Shown one piece after another: positions 1 to 12,295 of a stretch of 64,000 nucleotides of DNA. The notes beneath the pieces were generated by a model. That model saw nothing but the letters and a program-made list of their open reading frames with translations. It had not been told where the DNA came from and did no database searches. The DNA is from Pelomyxa schiedti. Its lineage: Eukaryota > Protista > Evosea. The number at the start of each line of letters is the position of its first letter. The stretch's first letter is position 1. Location of the stretch: contig JAHLWZ010000602.1 of the NCBI GenBank assembly GCA_020536535.1, positions 1-64,000 on the forward strand, read 5' to 3'. The position numbers and the translations under genes were made by a program.

Positions 1-100
1 GCACAAAGGACCACCATCCGCTCGTACTCCAAACTTTCGTGGTTCAAGCCACAACCGCAATCAAATACTTTATTACTGAATGAAAGATCATGAGCCAACT

Positions 101-612
101 TCATTCATTATCTTGGGGGAGATGCATCTCCAGAGGGGGGTTGCACAAAGCATTGAGAGAGTCAAACACAACCCAAGCTGTTGGTTGGAGACTGGGACCA
201 GTTGCCACGCACTTGTTGATCAGACTCACCAACTGGGGTGGTGTTCCACGAGCGGTGCATAGAAAGCATCGTGTGAGTAATCGTCAACTGAGAGGTATTC
301 TGAAATCAGCCTTCAAAAGAGGCACAGGGTATTCCACATACAATAGGTCTGGCTTTGTTTCTTCATTCTCGAGAATGACACCTGATTGTTCCAGGTCAGG
401 TGATGCTTTGTGGTGAAAGGGATCACTCACCTTGGAGCAGAGACTCCTGACCAAGATGTAGGTTAAGCACACCACCCACTGTTTCTGGAGAGGCCTCACT
501 GCAAGTACAAAAACTTTGTGAGACTCTCCAAAACCTCACCTGTGATGATGCGGCCATCAACAACTTTTGCACTGTGAATGCACGTGTTTTCTGGTTCTGC
601 ATACTTCAACAC
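101..612 (-). pseudogene. Collapsed relic of the dynamin-like GTPase/pseudokinase family
   Basis: Contains family pieces in order: LKYAEPENTCIHSAKVVDGRIITGEVLESLTKF, VEYPVPLLKA, a trace of the SVDDY segment, and the C-terminus TARGTPPQLVSLINKCVATGPSLQPTAW...PLEMHLPQDNE*. About 2 kb of intervening sequence is missing, with stops and frameshifts. Confidence 0.85.
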
Positions 613-929
613 TGTTTCCTTCAGTGGGAAACTGCTCCAAAAAGAGAACAAAGAGGCACAAAGTATTTTATTCATCTTGGAATGGATGGATACATTTGGG
701 TGTGTTTGTGTTTGTGTTGAGGTTTTTGTATATTTATTTATAGAAATGAGGTGAACTCGGTGTGCATTTATAAAGGATTCCAAAGTCAAGGGAAAGGTAT
801 TGGGTATCTCGATGATCTTTCTGTGAACTTGATTTCCGAACTTGGTAAGTGATGACTCAGCCTCTGAGTCTCCAGTCTCGAGTCTTTCGAGTGTGCCTTC
901 TGCACAGTTTGCCTGTGTGTTCGCAGAAT

Positions 930-1110
930 CACACAACACACAGATTCTGGCAGTGCAACGGGAGAATGTGCTGCCAAAAGGAGAGTGATGCTGTGGTAAG
1001 GTGAGGCTGTGAGTGAGCAGACTCAAAATCTCCAGAGGATTGTGGAACTGAAATTTTTCTGGTTCCAAAAGGATTGTGGAACAAAAGAATGGGTTCTTTT
1101 CTCTTTGCAA
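930..1110 (-). pseudogene. Degenerate fragment of the family GTPase G1-G2 region
   Basis: KEPI..., WQHILP and CTARICVL occur in shifted frames and match exons 2-3 of the intact copies. Confidence 0.55.
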
Positions 1111-1175
1111 TTAACAATCAGCCTCAGTAGCCTATGGCCATAATGGCGTGATTCACACATGGAACCAAGAGACAA

Positions 1176-4100
1176 TCATTCAGTGACTCCAGCCAAGATG
1201 TGTTCTCTCGTGCACAAAATCCCCTGCTTGGTAACTTCTTCTTCTTTCAGGATTTCTTCATCAGAGCAAGTGGACAATGCCGTGAGATTCCTGAAGACAG
1301 CCCCAGAAGCGGTGCAGATTTGTGCCAGTGCCGTGCAACATCGCCTTTGCTGAGTAGCCACAATCCAATGCAGAAGCTTATCTATGAATATTCCATGTGT
1401 CATCTTGCTGAATGCACTGGAGTACAAGAAATCGTGGGCACTCACACAACAAAAACAAGTGCACATCTTGAAATCTCTTGGAATGGCAAACGAATTTGTT
1501 GCTGGAGATTCCAGCATTTGTTTGAGATGCTTGTCATAGATTCTTAAAACAGCAGCCTCTGTTATCAGATTGGGAACTGTTCCATTCAGTTCATCTGCAA
1601 TATTTTTGATGTCAACACATGTGTTGGCAAAGAAAACAGCAGGTGAGTAATCATCAACTGAGAGGCCTTCTGAAGCTTTGGTCATGACTTCTTTCAGACT
1701 TGTCAAGGCACGCTGTTCCCTTATTTCAAATGCTGCTGTTGCAAAGCAGAAAACGACACCATGTGGATGGTAAGCTCCAAGGAGCGCAGGCATGAACGGG
1801 AAGATGATTGCACCCAAGGGATCACTTATTGCATGGCCAGGAAGGTCCACAAGTTCGATTCCAGCCTTCAGAAGGGGCACAGGGTATTCCACAACGATTA
1901 TTGTGTTAAATACGGTTCGCTTCGTTCCATCATTCTCCACACCTTATTTTTTCTGATCAGAGTGATGCTTCTTGATGAAAGGAAAGGGACCTGACCACAC
2001 ACCTTGGAGCAGAGACTTCTGACCAAGATGTAGGCTGAGCTTGCCACCCACTGTCTCTGGAGGGGGCTCACTGTCTGCAATGGGTGCCCCAGGCTCGCTG
2101 CGAGTGCAAAACTTCGTGAGACTTTCCAAAACATCACCTGCAACGATGTGGCCATCAACAACTTTTGCACTGCGAATGCAGGCATCCTCTGGCTCCGCAT
2201 ACTTCAAAAGACAGATTGTGGCAGTGCCATGCCCACTCCGGACTGGGAGGATGTGCTGACCACAAAGGGAGTTGATGAGTGATGACTTTCCTAAAATTGG
2301 AAAGGAAAAAGGTGAAAGAGTGAGGAGGGTTAAACAAGTTCAAGAGAGGAGGCTCTGCACACACCAGCACCAGTGGGGCCAAAGAAAGCAATCCGAACAG
2401 GATTCTTGCTGCACACACTCCTCACAAATTCCTGTTCCTGTTTTGGCATGAGATCACTCACTTCAGGGGGCAGCTCTTTTTGCAACATTTCATACCTGTA
2501 CGAAAAATAGATTTTTGAATGGGGTCCCATTTGAGTAAATTTAGAAGAGTGGGAAGCCACACAAACCTTTGGAAACACTCAGAAATTGCGGGAATTACTT
2601 GGTCTCGTATGGCAACAAGTGCCTTTGTGAGCTTATCGTGGTATGTGTCACTTGGGTTGCAGTGTCTGTTCACAAACCTCGACGCCATGACGTACTCAAG
2701 TGGTGGGCCTTCAGCTCTCGGCACCTCACAGTCCTCCAGTGAACAACCATCAACGACATCCCTCAGGAAAATAGTGGATGCTTCTAATGGGTGAGTTCCT
2801 TCTGTTGACAATGGGGACTGTGGAGTTGTTCTGGGTGGTGACCCTTGTTCTTGCTGTGCTGTTGACATTGTAGGGTAAAAAGTGTGGAGTTTTTGCTGAA
2901 GCATACACATGCAATTAGCCATGTTGCTGGGGTTGGTGTTGGGACAAATATGTCTCATCCATAATATAGTCAAAACAAGTTCAGGAAGGGTTGTTCTGTG
3001 CTGGTTGATGTTGGCTCTTGCAAAGTCCACATCTGTGTGTGTAAACGATGCCTTCCCTGTGAGAACTGCACTTATTCCCCTTTTTGTCACACTGGTGAGG
3101 CTGACAGTATGAATATAATATAGAAGCAATAAAGCTGGTGAGAACAAAGGCTCAACATCCAGAGCTTGGTGGAGAGTGTCAATACAATGTTTTTTTTGAT
3201 CATTACTCAGAATCTGGCAAAGTGCCTTCATTGTCAGTGCTCCTAAATATGTTCTTAAACGATATTTCAAAATAAGGTTTTTCAGCGATATGTTTACAAA
3301 CCCAACCTGCATCATTATTGGCTGCAGGGCCAATGAAAGTGTAAACTGAGAGCAGTTCACAAGGATTTGGCTCACTGACAAGTGTGACCAATACCTTGGA
3401 TGCCTCAACAAGAGACATCCTCGTTGCAGGGTCACACTGGAGCAGTGAATGGACCAAGTTGCAGAACTCCTTTGGAAACGCTGGTGGTCTCATTGGGAAG
3501 TCATCATCCTCGGTCCCAAATGAAAATGCAATCTGGCCTGAGGGACCATATTCCATTGGGTAGCCTGGCAATGGCTCTTGGCCACGCATTGCCAGTTCGA
3601 ATAAAATACATCCAAGTTCAAATGATGGTTGCTGGTAAGACTGGTCAATACTCAAGGCATGTATTTTGTATTGTGCACAATTTTTAAGGGATAGGTGCAC
3701 ACCTTGTCACATTGTAAAATTGGATTGTGACCCGGATGTTGTGTGTGTCGTGCAATTCCATTGAGAATCTCAGGGGCAAGGTGACTTCGATTCCCAACTC
3801 TGTCAAGGATGTGTGCCGTTTCTGCCTTGAATGAGCCATCTGAAAATTTCATTGCACATCCAAGGTCAATCAAGACAACTTGTTCTTTGTTCTGCATTTA
3901 AATGAATATCCAGCAGTGAGAATAGAGAAGAAACACACCAAAGAGACAACGATGTTGTCCAACTTCATGTCAAAGTGAATGGTCTGGTTCACAAAGAGAT
4001 GGTTCAGGCCCGCACAAATATCTCTGGAGTACTTGTGAACAATGCCCCAGGGTGTGGTTGCAGGAACAGAGGGGAGGTTTTTCAAAAAGTGGCCGAGGGT

Positions 4101-4766
4101 CTCGGCGTGATACTCCAGAACAACCCACACACATGCATGAAACCTCTTCCTCACTGGATCAAATGCTTGCTCCTTTGGAATTTCAGGGAGGTTCTCATAG
4201 TAATCGTGTGGGGGCCTATCTGTGAAGTGGCAGAAGTACTGATTCACATTTGGGTGAGGTGTAAGACTGGATGACACCAGATATTCATTCTTCCATCAAT
4301 GGGTAAAATGAACCAAAAGGAAAACTGACTGTGTCAACACACCTCAAAGGCATTTGCTACGTTGCTCGATTGAATACCCCGGTAATTGAACAGCGCCTTG
4401 AGCACATAAGACTGATCCCTGAAGAACTCAGGGTGACCCTCCCCAATGCACTTCACCTCGAACACAATCCCTTTCCTTTCAGGTTAGAAGGACAAAAAAG
4501 AGGTGCTTCCACGACGAAACAATACCGTTGGATCCATGAGCAATCGGCCTCACCATCCTGAAGTTCTGTGCCACGACGGCGCTCGATGCCGTTCGCTTCC
4601 AGACAATTTTGCTTGCAGATTGTGCGAGGCGCGTGAAGAACGCTGCGCGCTGGGTCACCACTCGCTCATACTCCTCGTACTCCACAACTCGGCTCCTAGC
4701 TACAAACTGTGGTTGCGGTGTTTGGGACTGTGGTTGCTGTGCTATGCATCCCATGTAGTTTCCCAT
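1176..4766 (-). CDS. Chimeric gene: PINK1-like protein kinase + helical linker + dynamin-like GTPase (copy A), C-terminally truncated
   Basis: Starts MGNYMGC. Spliced kinase motifs are IAHGSNGIVFEV, VLKALFNYRGIQSSN, PHPNV, HFDMKLDN, DLGC and GNRSHLAPE. After the intron at 3243-3306, the open exon runs into GPPLEYVMASRFVNRHCN (family exon 1), then GPTGAG/KS, DLPG and FFANT. It stops at TGA 1176, before the hairpin and pseudokinase. Confidence 0.75.
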
Positions 4767-5356
4767 TGGTAACCACTGGCAAACAGAAACAACAAAAAAA
4801 ACTGGGAATACCTCTCCTGAGGAAAACCACCTCGCGTTAAAAAAGTCCCCATTTTCCAGCCAGTCCGGACCGATCATCAGTTCTCAGAAAAAAAAGTAGT
4901 GTAGGTTAGCGGCATGTAGTCCAAAGCACAGGCACCACACACAAAACCTCACTATGGCATTCAACCCTTGTGCTACACCATGCAACACAACAGCACCTCC
5001 TCCACAAGTTGGTGGTAGGTCTGGTCCCCTTGACTCTGCTGTGATTGTTCCTATTTCATCACAAGACCACATCACGCCTATTGTAGTGTCGGACTCCCCC
5101 TCCAAGTCCTATTGCTGATACAATCTTGCCTGTATGTTCATCCACACTAAATGACCATGGAGTACCAACCCCCACATCTATTACCTCAACTAAACTAAAC
5201 ACCCACAACATGCTCTTTTTCTTTGCTGCAACAGGATAAAAAGGGGAGTGTGTAAAATCTTCTATTATGAGAGATGGTGACTTAGTTTTTGGCGAAGAGT
5301 AGCTGAGGGAGGGAAAACAGAGGAAGAAACAATGGTTTTCTTCCAAGTTTGGATAA

Positions 5357-8300
5357 TTAATGATCAGAAGATTTAGATGTTACCGGTGTCTGCTCGTCGG
5401 GGAGCATTTCAACACAGGAATCGCACATATCACAAAGACTTTGAACTACCACCCAAGCTGCTGGTCTCCGCTTGAGCTTAGTAACCACGCACTGGTTGAT
5501 CAGATTCACCAACTGGGGTGGCGTTCTGGGAGCGATGGGCAACTGAAGAGCAGTGGTCGTGGCGAGGCACCGCAGCAGTGTCGGCTTGGGTGTGAGCTCT
5601 GACAGAATCACCCCAAACGCAAATATGTCAACTTTTGGGGAGTCGGAAAGCCAGTTTGTATTTACACATGTACCGCTGTTGCCATCATCTGAGATGTCTC
5701 TGCCTTTGCTGCCTGTATCGTCACGGAAGCCGACCAGTGCAGCGGTCACCTTGTCACCTTCTGTGGTCACGACAACGTTCTCCAGCTTAAGATTGCCATA
5801 TACAGTGCCGTGGTGGTGCAGGTCCATGATAGCGGTGATTATGTCCTTGGCAATTACCAGTGCTTCAGAGAGCTTCATGGTGGATATGTGCTCCTCCAGG
5901 TAGGCCTTGAGCGTGAATTTGAACTGTGGGTACACCATGCTCCATACATTGGGCTGCTCTCTGTATACCGTTTGCAGCTTCAGAACATGGGTAGAGCACT
6001 GTGCCATTTGGCTCCAGTAATACAGGTTCTCAAAGAACGCACTCCGATATTCTTTGTTTCGGTTTTTCAGGTCAATAACCTTCACTTGAGTAGTCGTTGT
6101 GGTTGATTGTGATTCTGAGGCAGAAGTTGTGGTTTCCGGTGCCAGCGCACTTGTCATTCTGGGTTCCACTGAAGTAGTGGGAGCGTTGGTTTTGGCGTCG
6201 GTGCCGGTGTCGGTGTCGTCGGCTAATGCGTCGGTCCTCCACGCTGAAAACAACAGGTAGTCGTCGGTCACAGTAGCCGTTACACTGCTCGAAGTCGTAG
6301 AAGTAGCTACACTGCTACTGCTCGAAGTCGTAGTGGTTGTAGTTGTAGTAGTAGTCGCAGGGATGTCGGAGTCCACAGGGGTAACCTGGCTGTTGTTGTT
6401 TGGACATGGTGGCCCCGCAATGCATACCAATGTAGATGTTGCTGCAGATGACAATGAACTGGCTGAACTTTGGACTGGCCGCTCCCACAATATCTCGCCC
6501 CGTTTCTCAAGTGCCTCGGCATTCAGTGTTCCAAAAAGGAGACGCAGATCCTGCACATCTGCGGTATTCCCAGCACCCCAAGTTTTTTTCATTTTCTCTC
6601 TCTGAATACAGAGTGCTGTGACCTTATTTAGATATATCTGGAAATACTGAGTTGTACGTTCACGGCATACATATTCCAGTTCCTTTCGTTGTTTTTCTAC
6701 CTTGTCGCTGTCACATAGAGAGTCAAGCATGTGTTGTGCCACATTTTTTTTAAAGTCATTGCCAGTGAGATGTTCACCCGTGGCAGACATCACTGAGGCT
6801 CCTGTCACTCCTAAAAGTGAACACATACTTAGTCCAAGTGCCACTGCCAATGCCGCACTGGCTCCTCCAGTGAGCGGTACTGCAACAGCTGTTGCCAAAA
6901 ACGCAACAAATCCAAGACCAGTCAGACCCACTACACCCGCCAGGGCGAGTCGGTGCATCTTATGACCATAGGTAGGAGCTGCACCCCGGAGCAGCTTTCT
7001 CACGTCATTGTCTTCGATGTCCATAATTTGTTGACATACTGCTTTGACATCATCTTGGATTTGCTTCCGCATTGTAGTAATCACGGGATGAACCACGTTC
7101 ACTGTTAGCCAATGACCAAGCTCTTTGGTAAGATAGGTCTGGAATTGTTCTGTTTCTGAGGCCATCGACCTGGGGTTATACTCCAAGGGCAGAGAAATAG
7201 CTTTCCTAAAGAAGTCCTCTTGTGATTCCTGTACTTTCTGTTTTAGAAGATCCGGAAGCTTCTTTGTGTGTTCAGTGATTCTACCCAAGATGCCTGCTTT
7301 CGCGGCCTCAATCTTCTCACTGGCAGCTTTTCTTTTTGTTTCTATATCTCCAGGAGAGCAGGACAATACCGCAAGATTATTGAAGAAGGTCCCTGATGCC
7401 GCCGATATTTGTTCAAGTGCCTGACAGCACTGCCTCTGCTGAGCAGCAATTATCCAGTGCAAGAATTTGTTCATGAATGGCGCATGTGTCTGGTGCACGT
7501 TGTCGTAGAAGAGGTCGTGTGCACTCACACAACAAAAAGATGTGCAGGTTGCAAAATCTTTAGGAATGTTGAACCACCTGGTTGCTGGTGACTGAAGCAT
7601 CTGCTTGAGGTGCTCACCGTAAACTCTTGTAATAGCAGCCTCAGTTGGCCTGTTCCCGTGGAGCTCATCTGCTATTTTACGACGGTCAACACCGGTATTG
7701 GCAAAGAAAACCTCTGGTATGGATTCCTCTACCGAGAGGCCTTTTGAAGCCTGAAAAAGTAATTTTTCCAGACTTGTCAAAGCGTGCTGTTCATTTAATT
7801 CAAATGCCGCTGTTGAATAGCAGAAAACGACACCATGTGGACGGTAAGCTCCAAGGAACACAGGCATGAATTGAGAGATAGGTTTTCGAAACTGGTCACT
7901 CTTTGCATGGCCAGGCAGATCCACAAGTTCAATACCAGCCTTCAAAAGGGGCACAGGGTACTCCACAACGATGATTGTGGTCAATATTTCTCGCTTCCTT
8001 TCTTCATTCTCATCTCCTTTTTTCTTGTCAGAGTAAACTTTAAAGTGGCAGGGAACACACCTCGGAACAGAGAAGAGCGATCCAGGAATGGAAAAAGCTT
8101 GCCGCCTGCTGTTTCTGGAGGGCCCTCATTGTCATCATTTGGTGGGGGCTCATCAGCGCAAAACTGTGGAGGGCTCCCCAAAGCCTCACCTGCTCTTTTT
8201 GGAGGGGCCTCATTGCCATCATTTGGCGGGGGCTCATCAGTGCAAAACTTCGTGAGACGCTCCAAAATCTCACCTGGTACGATGCGGCCATCAACAACTT

Positions 8301-9023
8301 TCGCCGAGCGAATACAGGCATCTTCTGGCTTGGCATACTTCAACACACACACCCTGGCAGTGCAATGTCCACTCCTCGCTGGGAGAATGTAACACTTGAA
8401 AAGGGAGTTGATGAGAGTAGACTTTCCTGAAGGTTTAAAGGAGAAGTTGAGAGGTGTGACAACCAGAGAGGGCAGAGAGGGGTCTGCACACACCAGCACC
8501 AGTGGGTCCAAAGAAAGCAATTCGAATAGGCTCCTTGCTGCACACACTCTCCACAAATTTCTGGTCCTCTGGTGGCATGAGCTCACTCGCCTCTTTTGAC
8601 CCTAGTTTTGTTGCCAGCATTTGCTCCAGGAACTTATACCTTCGTTTTGGTGTTTTAGTTAATTTTTTCCCCCAAAAAAACTTTGCTCAAGTCAGACCTT
8701 CTGAAGCACTCGGAAATGACAGTCGCTTGTTCTTGAATGGCCGTGATGGAAGTTTTGAGCTTTTCGTGGACATCCTGACTGTTGCCTGCGTGAGCTGTCA
8801 CGAACCTCGAAGCAGCTTCGTACACTAGCGGTGGGCCTTCGGCAATGGCAACCCTTTTTTTATGACTGCCACTATCGGAACAAGTGACTGAGTGAGGTGT
8901 GTTGGTATGAGTTTCAGTACTTCCTGAATTGCCAGCAGTGGCGCTAACGGGGCTGGCACTGGGGGAGGTGTTGTTACTAGGAGGTGTTATTGGTGCTTTT
9001 TCTTTGGAGTGGGTGTTCCCCAT
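5357..9023 (-). CDS. Dynamin-like GTPase - hydrophobic hairpin - pseudokinase protein (copy B, intact, 4 exons)
   Basis: MGNTHS start; G1 GPTGAG/KST; G2 GHCTAR; G3 DLPG; hairpin ...AVPLTGGAS...; kinase fold with YGNLKLEN (no HRD Asp) and VGF (no DFG Asp). Three GT-AG introns restore the frame. Confidence 0.85.
8105..8249. repeat. Imperfect in-frame tandem duplication (period 84 nt) in the copy B GTPase domain
   Basis: FCTDEPPPNDGNEAPPKRAG versus FCADEPPPNDDNEGPPETAG. Confidence 0.85.
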
Positions 9024-9381
9024 TCGTGCACGACCACCTTAGCAAAAATGTGGCGAAGAAATGTTCTTCTGGCGCAACTAGGGTGATTCCGAGTGCTTGC
9101 TTTCTTTTTACACTGTAGATTCCCAGAAATCCCTCAGTTGATTAGAACTACAGGGAACACACTTTTTATTTTTTTGGGTCTTGCCAGGTCATGCTCCTCA
9201 GAGGCTGAAAAGACCACAAAACGGAATGTGCCTGGTCCAGATATTTCTGAATTTTCCCTTCACAGGGCACAGAGAACCAGGAGTTTTAACATTAAAGCGG
9301 TAAATTATTGTAGTAGGCTCGATGGCCTGGTCTATTTCATACACAGTAGTGCACCAGCCCGAAAATGGAAACAGCTATGCC

Positions 9382-12295
9382 TCATTCAGTATTGAGGGGG
9401 AGCATCTCCAGAGGGGTGTTGCACAAAACAACAAGTGCACCATGCACCTGGTGGGCTGTTGGTCGGAGATCAGGGTCAGTTGCCACGCACTGGTCGATCA
9501 GATTCACCAACTGGGGTGGTGTCCCACGAGCGGTGGGCAACTGAGGAGCAACGCCAGCGGTCGTGGCGAGGCACCGCCGCAGTGTCGGCTTGGGTGTGAG
9601 CTCTGACAGAATCACCCCAAACGCAAATATGTCATCCTTGGGGGTGCAGAAAAGCCGGTTGGAAGAAACGCAACTGTTGGTGCTGCTGGTATCATGACCT
9701 TCATCACCACCAAAATCTCCTGTGATGGTGCTGAATCCGGCAACTGCACAACGAACCATCTTGTTGTTTTCTGTGGTCACCACGATGGTCTCCAGCCTGA
9801 GATTGCTGTGAACAATCTTATGGTGGTGGAGGTCCCTGAGAGCAGCGATGACGTTCCTGGCTATAACCAGTACATCGGCAAGTGTCATGGTTAAAATGTG
9901 CCTCTCCAGGTGCTCCCTTAAGGAGTATGTGAACCGTGGGTACACAACGCACCATACGTCAGCCTGCTGCTGGAATACCATGTGCAGAGGGAGAATGTTC
10001 GAAGAGCGTGGTGCCATGTAGCTCCAGTGATGCAGGTCCTCAAAGAACTCCCTCTGTTCACTTTCGTTGCACTTACAAAGATCAACAACCTTCACAAAAA
10101 CGGGATTGCCTTCCAGAATGCCTTCTCGTATGCATGACTCCTTTGGATACAATGCAGGTGAGTTGATAAGGTCAGGTTGGTCTTGCAGCATCCGGCTCTG
10201 TATGTCAAGTGTCCTGGCGTAGAGTTGGCCAAATTTAAGACGCATCGACTGTATCTTGTCTCTAGGGCAAGTCTCTACTATCCTTTTGACTGTACCGCGG
10301 GTTGTCACTTGATTCTGACCTCCCTTGATGAGCTCTTCTACCCATCTGCTGGCCACTGTTTCCAGTTTCGCTCTTTGGGCTTCTAATTCTTTTGGTGCCC
10401 AAAGAACTGAGTCAAGCATTTGCTGTGCAGCCAGTTTTTTGAAGTCGTCGTCAGCATGTTTGGTTGCAAGTAAAGAATCAAAAAGATTCAGTGCTAAACT
10501 TCCTCCAGTTGCTGCAGAGCCCACTCCCATTCCTGCAAAACATAATCCAAGACTGGCTCCTGCAGTGAATGGTGCTACAACCATTCCAACGACGGCCACT
10601 GCACCAATACAAAGGAGACCCAGCGACGCAGTCAATACATATCTGTGCATTTTTGCATCATAACCAGCTGTGAGCTGCAACACATCGACATCTTCAGTGT
10701 CACTACGTCGGAAGTTTTTGTAAACAATTTTCTGTATTTGCCCACACACTTCATCTATCACAGGATGAGTCACATTCACTTTCAGCCAAGGACGAAGTTT
10801 GTCTAGAAGATAATACTCAGCTTGTTCTCTTTCTGTGGCGTGCAAGTTTGGCTCATACTTGAAGGGCAGAGAAACAGCTTCCCTCAGGAAGTCACCTTGT
10901 ACTTGCTGCACTTTCTGTTTCAGAAGAAACGGAAGCTGCTGTGTGCATTCAGTGATTTCAGCCAAGATGCTTTCTTTTGTGGACAAAAGTGTCTGCTTGG
11001 TAGCTTCTTCTTTCTGGATTTCTTCACAAAAAGTGGGCAATGCTGTGAGATTCCTGAAGAAGGCTCCTGAAGCGGTGCAGATTTGCGCAAGTGCCATGCA
11101 ACATCGCCTCTGCTGGGTGGCGACAATCCAGTGCAGAAGTTTGTCCATGAATAACCCATGTGTAAATTTGCTGGATGGTTTGTTGCACATTAAGTCGTGT
11201 GCACTCACACAACAAAAAGACATGCACTTCTGGAAATCATCTGGAATGGTGAACGATCTCGTTGCTGGTGACCGAAGCATCTGTTTGAGATGCCTGTCAT
11301 ATATTCTTAAAACAGCATCATCTGTTATCAGATTGGGATCTCCATTGAGCTCGTCAGCAATATTATTGATGCCAACACCTATGTTGGCAAAGAAAATGTC
11401 GGGTGTGTAATCATCAACTGAGAGGCCTTTTGAAGCTTCAGCAATTACTTCTTTTAGACTTGCCAAGGCCACCTTGGAGCAGGGCAGAACGATCCAGGTG
11501 GGGAAAAGGCTTGACAACCACTGTTCCTGGAGGGGTCAAGTTTGTGAGACTCTCCAAAACCTCACCGGTGACGATGCGGCCATCAACAACTTTCGCCGAG
11601 CGAATGCACGCGTTTTCTGGGTCCGCATACTTCAACACACAGATTCTGGCAGTGTTCTCTCCATCCTGCATCGGGAGAATGCGCTGCCCACAAAGGGAGT
11701 TGATGAGTGATGTTTCTCCTAAAATATGAAAGGTAAAAAAGAGAGGGAGCAAAAAGTTCAAGAGAAGAGGCTGCTCACCACCACCGTCAGTGGCGCCAAA
11801 GAAAGCAATTCGAACAGGCTCCTCTTTGCTGCACACACTACTTGCAAATTTATGTTGTTCCGACATGAGATGATTCCTTTCAGGGACCCCTGTCTCGGGT
11901 AGATCTTTCTGCAAACTCTCATACCTTTACGAAAAATAGGTTCCGTTTGAGTGAATTAGAAGAGTGGGAAACCAAACAAACCCTAGGAAGCAGTCAGAAA
12001 TTGCGGGGACGAAATGTTGACGGAAGGCATCGAGTGACTTCACGAGCTTCTCGAGGTGTGTGTCTCCTCTGTTGCAGTGTCTGTTCACGAACTTCGACGC
12101 CACAACGTAATCGAGCGAGTCACTTTCGGCGGTTGGAACCTCCTTTTTTGGATTTGCAAAAGTGCTGGTGCTTGGCGAGTTCGTTATGTTATCGGTAACA
12201 ACAATGGAGTTGACACAGGCCCCTGTGCTCGACGATTTTGCGGGTTCTGCTGGTGGAACTCGATTTCGGTTGGAAGCACTCTTGGTATTACCCAT
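9382..12295 (-). pseudogene. Family copy C with inactivated GTPase (possible pseudogene or GTPase-dead variant)
   Basis: MGNTKS start. G1 reads GATDGG/ET (Lys to Glu). About 290 nt including G3 DLPG are deleted at ~11470, with a frameshift. The downstream ~695 codons (stalk, APFTAGAS hairpin, HSN/AGF pseudokinase) are open. Confidence 0.7.

Noticed and set aside
4884-5346. Two overlapping short minus-strand ORFs between copies A and B
   Set aside because: Frameshifted, with no recognisable domain; at most a gene fragment.
5357-9023. Calling the family mitofusin/Fzo or Roco/LRRK
   Set aside because: The G domain is dynamin-like rather than Roc, there is no COR domain, and the multicopy pseudokinase fusion does not fit a mitofusin orthologue.
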